Source of the DNA: Bacillota bacterium
GTDB taxonomy: Bacteria > Bacillota > Desulfotomaculia > Desulfotomaculales > Ammonificaceae
Length of the DNA stretch: 24,000 nt
Direction: 5' to 3'
NCBI GenBank assembly: GCA_040756575.1
Contig: JBFLYP010000008.1
Span: 79,523 to 103,522 of the forward strand
A program made the position numbers and the translations under genes. The notes under the pieces were generated by a model. It did not search any database. It was not told the origin of the DNA and saw only the letters and a program-made list of their open reading frames with translations. How positions within the stretch are numbered: position 1 is the first letter of the stretch; the number at the start of each line of letters is the position of its first letter. Of the stretch, positions 1-5,957 are shown piece after piece.

Positions 1-1
1 C

Positions 2-1498
2 AATCTCGCGGAGAAAAGCACCGGCACGTCTGCCGCGCCCGCCGTTCCGTTTCCTTATTACCTGCAGCGTGCGGGTGAGGCCTTGTGCCTCGGTGTTCTG
101 GACCTGCTGGCGCTCGGCCTCAGCTTCACCGTTGCGTCGGCGGTGCGGCTCGAAATCCTGCCGCGTTTGTGGCCGGGGCTCAGCGCAGGCCTCCCGGAGG
201 GCTTCTCCGCTCATTACTGGTGGCTGGCGGCCGTTGTAACCGGGATGCTGGCTTACGAAGGGCTTTATACCCGCCGGCTCTCCTTCTGGCGGGAGTGCGG
301 CGCCGTCTGCAAGGCGCTGACCCTCGGAATTCTCTTAATCCTCGCCATAGTCTCGTTGGGAAAACTCGGCGGTGAAATATCCCGGGCAACCCTGATGCTT
401 GCTTATACGGCCGCTGTGTTTTTAGTACCTTCCGTCCGCCGGCTGGGCAAGGCCGCGCTCTTCCGCTTCAACCCGTGGCGGCGCAGGGTGCTCATCCTCG
501 GCGCGGGGAAGACCGGGCGGGTGATGGCCGAAGCTCTGCTTAACGACCGCTACCGCGGCTACACAGTCTGTGGTTTCCTCGACGACGACCTTGTCAAACA
601 GCGCACAGGCGTGTCGGTGAACGGGACAACCCTCCCTGTCCTGGGCGGCTTCCGGGAGAGCGACCGGGTGATGGCCTTGACGAGGGCGTACGACCTCATC
701 GTGGCCGCGCCGGGGATGCCGGCCCAGGAACTTGTCGGCCTGGTGAACAGGCTGCACCGCCGGGCACCCTCGGTCATGGTGGTTCCCGACCTCTTCGGGA
801 TGCCGGTGGTCGGTGCCGAGGCCGACTACCTCTTCCAGGAAAGGGCGCTTGTCTTCCGGGTCCGCAACAACCTGGCCAGCCCCTTGAACCGCTTCGTCAA
901 GCGCACCTTTGACCTGGCTGCCGGTGGCGTTATCCTTGTGTTTATCGCCCCGCTGCTGGCTGCGCTCTCTGCGGCCGTGAAGCTTGATTCGCCGGGGCCG
1001 GTTTTCTTTCGGCACCGGCGGATCGGGCGCGGCGGTAAGCCCTTTTACTGTCTGAAGTTCCGCACGATGCACCTCAACAACGAAGCAATCCTCCGCGACT
1101 ACTTGGCACAAAACCCGGCTGCCGCTGAGGAATGGCGCCTTTATTACAAATTGAAAGGCTACGACCCCCGGGTGACCCGTGTGGGGCGGCTGCTGCGCCG
1201 GTTCAGCCTGGACGAGCTGCCGCAGCTTTTCAACGTCCTGAAAGGCGAGATGAGCCTGGCCGGCCCGCGCCCTTACCTCCCGCGGGAACGCGGCGACATC
1301 GGCTACTTAGCCGACAGCATCTTCATCGCCCGGCCCGGAATGACCGGACTCTGGCAGGTGAGCGGCCGCAACGAACTTACCTTCGAGGACCGCGTCCGGC
1401 TCGAAGCCTGGTATGTCCACAACTGGTCGCTGTGGCTCGACATCACTTTGCTGCTGCGGACATTCAGCGCGGTATTTGCAAGGCGGGGGGCTTATTAG
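2..1498 (+). CDS. Polyprenyl glycosylphosphotransferase (bacterial sugar transferase, WbaP/EpsB-like); 5' end probably outside window
   Basis: Frame is open from nt 2 with no stop upstream of the tracked TTG at 83. C-terminal sugar-transferase hallmarks: [44 protein letters not shown]. Central Rossmann-like [12 protein letters not shown] and hydrophobic N-terminal helices. Confidence 0.85.
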   Translation, partial: NLAEKSTGTSAAPAVPFPYYLQRAGEALCLGVLDLLALGLSFTVASAVRLEILPRLWPGLSAGLPEGFSAHYWWLAAVVTGMLAYEGLYTRRLSFWRECGAVCKALTLGILLILAIVSLGKLGGEISRATLMLAYTAAVFLVPSVRRLGKAALFRFNPWRRRVLILGAGKTGRVMAEALLNDRYRGYTVCGFLDDDLVKQRTGVSVNGTTLPVLGGFRESDRVMALTRAYDLIVAAPGMPAQELVGLVNRLHRRAPSVMVVPDLFGMPVVGAEADYLFQERALVFRVRNNLASPLNRFVKRTFDLAAGGVILVFIAPLLAALSAAVKLDSPGPVFFRHRRIGRGGKPFYCLKFRTMHLNNEAILRDYLAQNPAAAEEWRLYYKLKGYDPRVTRVGRLLRRFSLDELPQLFNVLKGEMSLAGPRPYLPRERGDIGYLADSIFIARPGMTGLWQVSGRNELTFEDRVRLEAWYVHNWSLWLDITLLLRTFSAVFARRGAY

Positions 1499-1537
1499 AG
1501 TCCCGGCGGAATGTGAGTAAGGCTTACTTACAAACTG

Positions 1538-1546
1538 TGGTATACT
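1538..1546 (+). promoter_or_regulatory. Candidate extended -10 promoter (TGgTATACT) between the sugar transferase and the first cassette
   Basis: tgtgGTATACTgtag: TATACT at 1541-1546 preceded by TG at 1538-1539. No good -35. Sequence resemblance only. Confidence 0.3.
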
Positions 1547-1581
1547 GTAGATGAGCAGACGCGGCCGATTTGTTTTCCGCT

Positions 1582-1623
1582 GAACCTTGAATGCAAAACG
1601 TCGAACTTCGAACTATAAACGAG
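1582..1623 (+). repeat. Heptamer array R1 (degenerate, 6 phased units)
   Basis: gaacctt gaatgca aaacgtc gaacttc gaactat aaacgag, running straight into the RBS gaggag of the MNT gene. Confidence 0.7.
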
Positions 1624-1633
1624 GAGAATAAAG

Positions 1634-1990
1634 GTGGACCGGGAAAAACTTCCGGAAAAACGGGCGGCCTACACGAAGCTGCTCCGAGAGTCTCTGGAGC
1701 GGGCCGTCGCAGTACTTTCCTCATTAAAGGAAGTTGAGCGCGTCAGTCTCGTCGGTTCATATGCCTGCGGTCGGGCCGACCTGCTAACCGATCTCGACCT
1801 TTTGGTTGTGATGCGTACGAAGCGCCCGTTTCTTGAGCGGTTACGGGAGCTTTACAGTCTGCTGGCGCTCCCGGTAGACCTGGACCTTTTATGCTACACA
1901 CCCGAGGAACTTGACGCCTTAAAAGACCGGCCCTTTTTCAAAAAGTTGCTTCAGAAAGAAGTGGTGCTCTATGAGAAGAAGCCCTCTTGA
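1634..1990 (+). CDS. Minimal nucleotidyltransferase (MNT-type antitoxin of an HEPN-MNT module)
   Basis: GTG start after RBS gaggag. Pol-beta NTase motif [10 protein letters not shown]...DLDLLVV. Overlaps the downstream HEPN gene by 20 nt. Confidence 0.8.
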   Translation: MDREKLPEKRAAYTKLLRESLERAVAVLSSLKEVERVSLVGSYACGRADLLTDLDLLVVMRTKRPFLERLRELYSLLALPVDLDLLCYTPEELDALKDRPFFKKLLQKEVVLYEKKPS

Positions 1991-2375
1991 AGAAGGAAGA
2001 CGCTGGCTCGAGCAGGCCGGGGAAGACCTCCGCTGGGCCAAAGACCTGGCCGAGCGGGGCGGATACCACCTGGCCTGCTTTCTTGCCCAGCAGGTTAGCG
2101 AAAAGGCGGTCAAAGGTTTTCTTTACGCACAGGGTGAGGAGGTAGTGCTGGGCCACTCCATCGAACGGCTCTGTCACGCCGCCGCCCGCTGGGAACCGGA
2201 ATTTGCCGTGAAGGTGAAGCGCTGGTCCATCCTGGACGGCTATTACGTACCGACGCGTTACCCAAACGGCCTTCCAGATAGTATTCCTGCCCGCGTCTAC
2301 ACCCGTGATGCGGCCCGCGAAGCAGTGCGCTTAGCAGAAGAAGTTGTGGACTTTGTACGCCAGAAGCTCACATAG
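1971..2375 (+). CDS. HEPN domain protein (toxin partner of MNT)
   Basis: W..A..DL..A, GHSIERL and [13 protein letters not shown] are typical of HEPN (PF05168-like) proteins. Overlaps the MNT gene. Confidence 0.8.
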   Translation: MRRSPLEEGRRWLEQAGEDLRWAKDLAERGGYHLACFLAQQVSEKAVKGFLYAQGEEVVLGHSIERLCHAAARWEPEFAVKVKRWSILDGYYVPTRYPNGLPDSIPARVYTRDAAREAVRLAEEVVDFVRQKLT

Positions 2376-2378
2376 CCC

Positions 2379-2410
2379 AAACTTCGAACTAACAAACTTC
2401 GAACTATCTT
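2379..2410 (+). repeat. Heptamer array R2 (TTCGAAC type)
   Basis: aaacttcgaactaacaaacttcgaactatctt, immediately after the HEPN stop (2373-2375). Confidence 0.7.
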
Positions 2411-2457
2411 CTTATCGGTAGCACGCCGATCTTTCACAACTTGATACTGTTAACCGG

Positions 2458-2484
2458 CGCCTCCGCGAAATGGGCTACTTTTAG
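2458..2484 (+). pseudogene. 27-nt relic of the 3' end of a PAPS-reductase-family gene (..LREMGYF*)
   Basis: cgcctccgcgaaatgggctacttttag is near-identical to 8703-8729 and clearly related to 8047-8073 and 4286-4312. A heptamer array follows directly. Confidence 0.6.
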
Positions 2485-2535
2485 AACTTCGAACTGTTTA
2501 ACCTCGAACTATCTAACTTCGAACTATCGAACTAA
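2485..2535 (+). repeat. Heptamer array R3 (TTCGAAC type)
   Basis: aacttcgaactgtttaacctcgaactatctaacttcgaactatcgaactaa. Confidence 0.75.
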
Positions 2536-2552
2536 TGCTCAACCTCCCATAA

Positions 2553-2617
2553 GGTAAAGTATAATAAAAGAAAAAAACCGGCCCGTATCGAACGAAAAGT
2601 AATAGATGGGGGGTAAA
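2553..2617 (+). promoter_or_regulatory. Conserved about 65-nt leader, copy 1 (contains TATAAT at 2560-2565)
   Basis: ggtaaagtataat..aaaaaaaccggcccgtatcgaacgaaaagtaatagatgggggg aligns by eye with 10018-10078 at roughly 85% identity with a 4-nt indel. Confidence 0.45.
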
Positions 2618-2621
2618 CAGG

Positions 2622-2806
2622 AACTTACAGAACATCTACGAGTATATCGCTGCAGATTCCGAGGTTTACGCCAGCCCGGTTTGTAAAAAGTATCGTAAAA
2701 ACAAGCGAAAAGCTCACGAGCTTCCCGCTAATAAGTCGAATAGTTCCTGAATTTGCAGCCTACGGCTTGATAGCGGAAACAAGACGATTATCACGGTTAC
2801 GGTTAA
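2622..2806 (+). pseudogene. ParE/RelE-family toxin remnant (5'-truncated, frameshifted)
   Basis: One frame reads NLQNIYEYIAADSEVYASP. The +1 frame continues VKSIVKTSEKLTSFPLISRIVPEFAAYG. Together these match the ParE pattern (I..YIA.DSP..A ... L..FP..GR.VPE). No start codon or N-terminus. Confidence 0.4.
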
Positions 2807-2839
2807 GAAAAAAATTTTCTCCGAGAGGAGGAATGACTT

Positions 2840-3094
2840 GTGAAAATAGAGTACGATCCTGAAGTAGACGCCCTTTACATAGAGTTTCGCAGCGCGTCAC
2901 CCGTCCATAGCGTAGACATTGAAGAAGGAGTCAGCGTAGACCTGGACGAGGAACATCATATCGTTGGGGTAGAGATTCTGGACGCATCCGAAAGGCTTCG
3001 GGAAAACTTAGCCCGGATCGAGCTAACCGGCCTGCCGCTCTGGGAATTGCCCCTCAGGCGGCGCTTGCCGGCCTCATCCCCCGGTGCAGAATAA
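2840..3094 (+). CDS. DUF2283 domain protein
   Basis: GTG start after RBS gagaggagg. MKIEYDPEVDALYIEF...IVGVEILDAS is the characteristic DUF2283 signature. Confidence 0.75.
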   Translation: MKIEYDPEVDALYIEFRSASPVHSVDIEEGVSVDLDEEHHIVGVEILDASERLRENLARIELTGLPLWELPLRRRLPASSPGAE

Positions 3095-3116
3095 CCTGCG
3101 TAAGATGGGCTTTTGT

Positions 3117-3180
3117 TAACCCTGAACGCCGAACCTTGAACCCTGAACTTCGAACTTCGAACTATCTAACTTCGAACTAA
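3117..3180 (+). repeat. Heptamer array R4 (mixed types)
   Basis: taaccct gaacgcc gaacctt gaaccct gaacttc gaacttc gaactat ctaacttc gaactaa. Preceded by cctgcgtaagatgggcttttgttaa (3095-3119), a possible further relic of the ..LREMGYF* gene end. Confidence 0.8.
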
Positions 3181-3212
3181 GTTGCTGTTATTAAGAATGA
3201 GGTGAGACTTAC

Positions 3213-3437
3213 GTGGTAGACACAGCATCTTCTTCTCGCTTCCAAGAGGTCATCGAAATGGTCGAGACGTTACCGCCGGATGATCAGAAGCTATTGATCG
3301 AAATCATCCGGCAGCGCTTGATCCAGCACCGGCGCGCTGAAATAGCGGCGGAGGTCCAAGAAGCTCGTCATGCGTACCAGCGGGGCGAAGTCCGCCGGGG
3401 CACGGTAGGTGACCTCATGGAGGAACTGGCAGAGTGA
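3213..3437 (+). CDS. Putative antitoxin of the RelE-like toxin
   Basis: GTG start after RBS gaggtgag. Small acidic helical protein. Its stop overlaps the toxin start (GTGA). Confidence 0.55.
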   Translation: MVDTASSSRFQEVIEMVETLPPDDQKLLIEIIRQRLIQHRRAEIAAEVQEARHAYQRGEVRRGTVGDLMEELAE

Positions 3438-3718
3438 GAACCCTCGTCTGGAGTCCGACTTTCTTGCGTGCATTCAAGCGAACGGTTCGCCGGCAGCCGG
3501 AATTGCGAACAAGAGTTGAGCAAACCCTTAAACAGCTTGCCGAGGACCCTTTTCACCCCGCGCTGCATAGCCACAAATTGAAGGGAGAGTTAGCCGGCAC
3601 GTGGGCTTGCACCGTGGACTACAATAACCGTATCCTTTTCGAACTTGTCCGGAATCCAGAGTCAGGTGAGGAGGAGATTCTTCTCTTGACGATGGGCACC
3701 CACGATGAAGTGTACTGA
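3434..3718 (+). CDS. RelE/YafQ-family mRNA interferase toxin
   Basis: F.RAFKR..., DPFHPALHSHKLKGELAGTWACTVDYNNRILF...GTHDEVY is typical of RelE/StbE/YafQ-type toxins. Confidence 0.8.
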   Translation: MRTLVWSPTFLRAFKRTVRRQPELRTRVEQTLKQLAEDPFHPALHSHKLKGELAGTWACTVDYNNRILFELVRNPESGEEEILLLTMGTHDEVY

Positions 3719-3737
3719 ACAGGTTTCTTCTGTCCAA

Positions 3738-3846
3738 AGAGAGATCTTGGCGCTTATAAGCAGACTGGACCCAGGCAGAAAGAATTAAAAGTGTCATTCA
3801 CGGTTTCGTACGCTACCTCCGCAACCATAACAAACGTCGAACGTAG
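3738..3846 (+). pseudogene. 3' relic of a four-helix-bundle (23S rRNA IVS protein family) gene, frameshifted
   Basis: ..LGAYKQT.. then, after a frame shift, KSVIHGFVRYLRNHNKRRT*. Parallels LYKQTEEVKKTIYGFMRYLRSNPKKR* (9486-9859) and LYKQAEKTKSIICGLMRYLRTNPKP* (11740-11991). The stop lies in a heptamer unit. Confidence 0.4.
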
Positions 3847-3867
3847 AACGTAGAACGCAGAACGGCG
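3833..3867 (+). repeat. Heptamer array R5 (5 units)
   Basis: aacgtcg aacgtag aacgtag aacgcag aacggcg. Confidence 0.8.
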
Positions 3868-3872
3868 CAAAC

Positions 3873-4312
3873 AAGATCGCTACGACATTCACCGGCGGCA
3901 AGGACTCCACCACGCTCTTGCACATGCTCCGGCAGGTGGGCGGCGGGAAAGTGCCCGTCCGGGTGATAAAAATCGATACCGGCGCCGACTTCCCGGAGAT
4001 TTACGCCTTCGTTGACCGGCTCTTCACCGCCATCCGCTGGGACGAGCAGGAGGCCCGGCAGGATGAACAGTACTTCTCCGAGGGCAAAGACCCCGATCAC
4101 TTGCGGGTGCAGCCCACCCTGCACTTTAAGGAGATCGACATCTGGAGCTACATCCGCAAGTACGAACTTCCTTTCTGCGAGCTTTACCGCGCGGCTACCG
4201 CAGCCTTGACTGCGCGCCCTGCACCGGCCGCGGCGGCCCCAGCGAGCGTGGCGCCCGCTCCCGGGATAAAGAGGCCGCCATGCAGCGCCTGCGGGAGATG
4301 GGCTATTTCTAA
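3873..4312 (+). pseudogene. PAPS-reductase-family gene, decayed paralog of 7411-8073
   Basis: Nucleotide-level homolog of 7483-8073. It is 5'-truncated (lacks about the first 25 codons). It carries an in-frame 150-bp deletion (FVDRL|FTAIRW; the intact copy has 50 extra residues AKEWEL...GLKAV). A 1-nt deletion at ELYR|(RGYRSLDC) shifts the frame. Tracked ORF 3918-4358 is the resulting chimeric read-through. Confidence 0.85.
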
Positions 4313-4336
4313 CAAATGCGAGATAGGTTACAATAT
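4313..4336 (+). repeat. 24-nt shared joint caaatgcgagataggttacaatat, copy 1 (contains TACAAT)
   Basis: Identical to 8074-8097. Both copies follow the stop of a PAPS-reductase-family copy and precede different TA modules. Confidence 0.8.
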
Positions 4337-4372
4337 CTATAGATCCAAGTTTTTGTGAAAGGCAGAGGAAAA

Positions 4373-4609
4373 ATGAAAAAGGAGTTAATCCAATCGGATC
4401 CTGATGTTATGATGGGCAAACCGGTCATTGCCGGGACGCGGATTCCTGTTTCCCTGATTCTTGAAAAGCTTGCCGCCGGGGAAACGATGGAGCAGATCCT
4501 CCAGGCTCATCCGCGCTTGACGGAAGAGGCGATCCGGGCCGCCCTGGCTTTCGCCGCGGAAGCCGTTAAAGCCGATATAGCATACGCAATACGGGAAAAA
4601 GCCAAATGA
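4373..4609 (+). CDS. DUF433 domain protein (putative antitoxin)
   Basis: ATG at 4373 after ggcagagga. DPDVMMGKPVIAGTRIPVSLILEKLAAGET..ILQAHPRLTEEAIRAAL is the DUF433 signature. ATGA overlap with the next gene. Confidence 0.8.
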   Translation: MKKELIQSDPDVMMGKPVIAGTRIPVSLILEKLAAGETMEQILQAHPRLTEEAIRAALAFAAEAVKADIAYAIREKAK

Positions 4610-4974
4610 TCTTCCTGGCGGATGAAAGCGTTGACCAGCAGATCATCGACCGGTTAAGAGAACACGGCTACGTAGTGATAGCCGTCGTGGAAATGGAGCC
4701 GGGTATTAGCGATACAGCCGTGTTAGATTTAGCGAATGCGCGTGAGGCTTTGTTAGTTACAGCGGACAAAGACTTTGGTGAACTCGTCTTCCGCCAGCGC
4801 CGGGTAAGTAAAGGTATAATCCTGCTACGCTTAGCAGGCCTATCCCAAGAAAAGAAAGCGGCGCTGGTTGCCCAAGCGATAGAGACTCACTTAAAAGAAC
4901 TGGAAGGTTCGTTTGGGGTTATAACGCCTGGCTCCTTGCGTATCAGGAAAATGCGCGTCAAAAAAACTAACTAA
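4606..4974 (+). CDS. DUF5615 PIN-like protein (putative toxin partner of DUF433)
   Basis: MIFLADESVD..L...GY.V..V......SDTAVLDLA..REALLVTADKDFGEL matches the DUF5615/Mut7-C-like pattern. Confidence 0.75.
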   Translation: MIFLADESVDQQIIDRLREHGYVVIAVVEMEPGISDTAVLDLANAREALLVTADKDFGELVFRQRRVSKGIILLRLAGLSQEKKAALVAQAIETHLKELEGSFGVITPGSLRIRKMRVKKTN

Positions 4975-5145
4975 ACCTTGAACCCTGAACGTCGCACCTT
5001 GCACCTTGCACCTTGCACCTTGAACCTTGCACCTTGCACCTTGAACCTTGAACCTTGAACCTTGAATGTCGAACGTTGAACGTTGAACGGACCCCAAAGG
5101 TCCATCCCTTAAGCTGTAACGCCGAACGTTGAACGTCGAACGAGG
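4974..5145 (+). repeat. Heptamer array R6 (longest: 16 phased units, hairpin motif, 4 more units)
   Basis: aaccttg aaccctg aacgtcg (caccttg)x4 aaccttg (caccttg)x2 (aaccttg)x3 aatgtcg (aacgttg)x2, then motif 5085-5114, then aacgccg aacgttg aacgtcg aacgagg. Confidence 0.95.
5085..5114 (+). repeat. Conserved 30-nt hairpin motif, copy 1
   Basis: gaacGGACCccaaaGGTCCatcccttaagc: 5-bp stem GGACC/GGTCC with a 5-nt loop. Confidence 0.9.
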
Positions 5146-5158
5146 GGGGATAAAAAAC

Positions 5159-5395
5159 TTGAAACGCTTTAATTTAACCAGTCTCATATGGAAGGAAGAA
5201 CACGGCTACGTCTCAAAATGCCCGGAACTCGGCGTGGCCAGCGCCGGCGACACAATCGAAGAAGCATTTGCCAACCTGAAAGAAGCGGTAGAGCTTTATT
5301 TAGAAAACGCTAAAGAACTGGGCCTCTTGGATGAATTGAGTTTCGCGCTCAGGCCGGATAAATTTACCGCCTCTTTCGAGGTCGAGGCCCGGTGA
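5159..5395 (+). CDS. hicB: HicB-family antitoxin
   Basis: TTG at 5159 after RBS gagggggg. ..EEHGYVSKCPELGVASAGDTIEEAFANLKEAVELYLE is the HicB/UPF0150 N-domain pattern. Overlaps the hicA start. Confidence 0.7.
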   Translation: MKRFNLTSLIWKEEHGYVSKCPELGVASAGDTIEEAFANLKEAVELYLENAKELGLLDELSFALRPDKFTASFEVEAR

Positions 5396-5642
5396 CCCGG
5401 CTGCCTGTTTTATCCGATACCGAAGTGATCAGAATTCTCCTCAGACTCGGCTTCCAGTACGCTCCGAGGCGAGGAAAGGGCAGTCATATTGCGTTGTATA
5501 AAGCCGGCGAATCTGGACACCGGTTGCTGGTAATCGTACCGAAAAGAAAAGAAAAGAGATTCCCCGCGGCACCCTAATGGCAATTTTAGAACAGGCACAA
5601 GTCAGCCGTGAAGAATTCCTGCGCCTGCTTGGGAGAGAATAA
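5392..5642 (+). pseudogene. hicA: HicA-family toxin with a frameshift in an A-rich run
   Basis: Frame 1 gives ..VIRILLRLGFQYAPRRGKGSHIALYK...VIVPKRKEKRFPAAP* (stop 5575-5577). The expected HicA C-terminus EIPRGTLMAILEQAQVSREEFLRLLGRE* is in another frame (5556-5642). The switch lies in gaaaagaaaagaaaagag (5541-5558). Confidence 0.7.
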
Positions 5643-5660
5643 CGCTTCGTCTGCTGATTT

Positions 5661-5751
5661 GAACCCTAAACGCCGAACGCCGAACGTAGAACGCTAAACC
5701 TTAAACGTTGAACGTTGAACGTCGAACCTTGAACCTTGAACGTTGAACGAA
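5661..5751 (+). repeat. Heptamer array R7 (13 phased units)
   Basis: gaaccct aaacgcc gaacgcc gaacgta gaacgct aaacctt aaacgtt gaacgtt gaacgtc gaacctt gaacctt gaacgtt gaacgaa. Confidence 0.9.
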
Positions 5752-5776
5752 CCCCAGAGGTCCATCATTTTGAGCT
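5745..5776 (+). repeat. Hairpin motif, copy 2 (degenerate)
   Basis: gaacGAACCccagaGGTCCatcattttgagc: the stem carries one mismatch and the 3' tail has diverged. Confidence 0.7.
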
Positions 5777-5804
5777 TAAACGCTTAAGAGAGGAGGTAAA
5801 CCAA

Positions 5805-5888
5805 ATGGAGCTACTTCGCGAAGTGGCTGAAGCGCTGGACATGAAACAGGATTTTCTCGCCCGGAAAAGCCTGAACCTTGAACGTTGA
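5805..5888 (+). pseudogene. Truncated duplicate of the first about 23 codons of the 10082-10360 gene
   Basis: MELLREVAEALDMKQDFLARKSL is identical in protein to 10082 onward. It then runs into array R8 and stops (NLER*). It has its own RBS gaggagg. Confidence 0.75.
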
Positions 5889-5949
5889 ACGTTGAACGTT
5901 GAACGTCGAACGTAGAACGTCGAACGTAGTACGTCGCACGCCGAACGAG
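5873..5949 (+). repeat. Heptamer array R8 (11 units)
   Basis: gaacctt (gaacgtt)x3 gaacgtc gaacgta gaacgtc gaacgta gtacgtc gcacgcc gaacgag. Confidence 0.9.
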
Positions 5950-5957
5950 GTGAAAAA

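Noticed and set aside
422-1111. Long minus-strand ORFs opposite strong + strand genes (422-1111, 14826-15407, 16413-17048, 19739-20245, 21970-22533, 23556-23984)
   Set aside because: They lie antisense to genes with clear family motifs, have Arg/Pro/Gly-rich low-complexity translations typical of shadow ORFs in GC-rich DNA, and show no recognisable motifs or RBS.
1499-1633. att-type direct repeats or a tRNA marking the island boundaries
   Set aside because: I found no matching direct repeat between the left (1499-1633) and right (13171-13180) edges and no tRNA-like sequence. This by-eye comparison cannot exclude short (<10 nt) repeats.
3918-4358. 146-aa ORF as a functional gene
   Set aside because: It is the read-through of a decayed paralog of 7411-8073. 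It starts at an internal Met, carries a 150-bp deletion, and has a frameshifted Ala/Pro-rich tail that runs past the original stop.
5085-5114. Rho-independent terminator
   Set aside because: The stem is only 5 bp and is followed by atccctt rather than a U-tract. The motif sits immediately before an RBS rather than after every gene.
4974-5145. CRISPR array
   Set aside because: The units are 7 nt and directly abutting, with no unique spacers and no 25-40-nt repeats. There are no cas genes in the window.
4891-5187. Minus-strand ORFs spanning repeat arrays (4891-5187, 5765-6244, 6307-6660, 7097-7363, 8656-8886, 9946-10206, 11386-11653) with STFNVQRS/KVQGARC-type repeats
   Set aside because: These are translations of the complement of the heptamer arrays. 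That complement contains no stop codons, so ORFs are extended artificially. The periodic peptide simply mirrors the 7-nt (21-nt) DNA periodicity.
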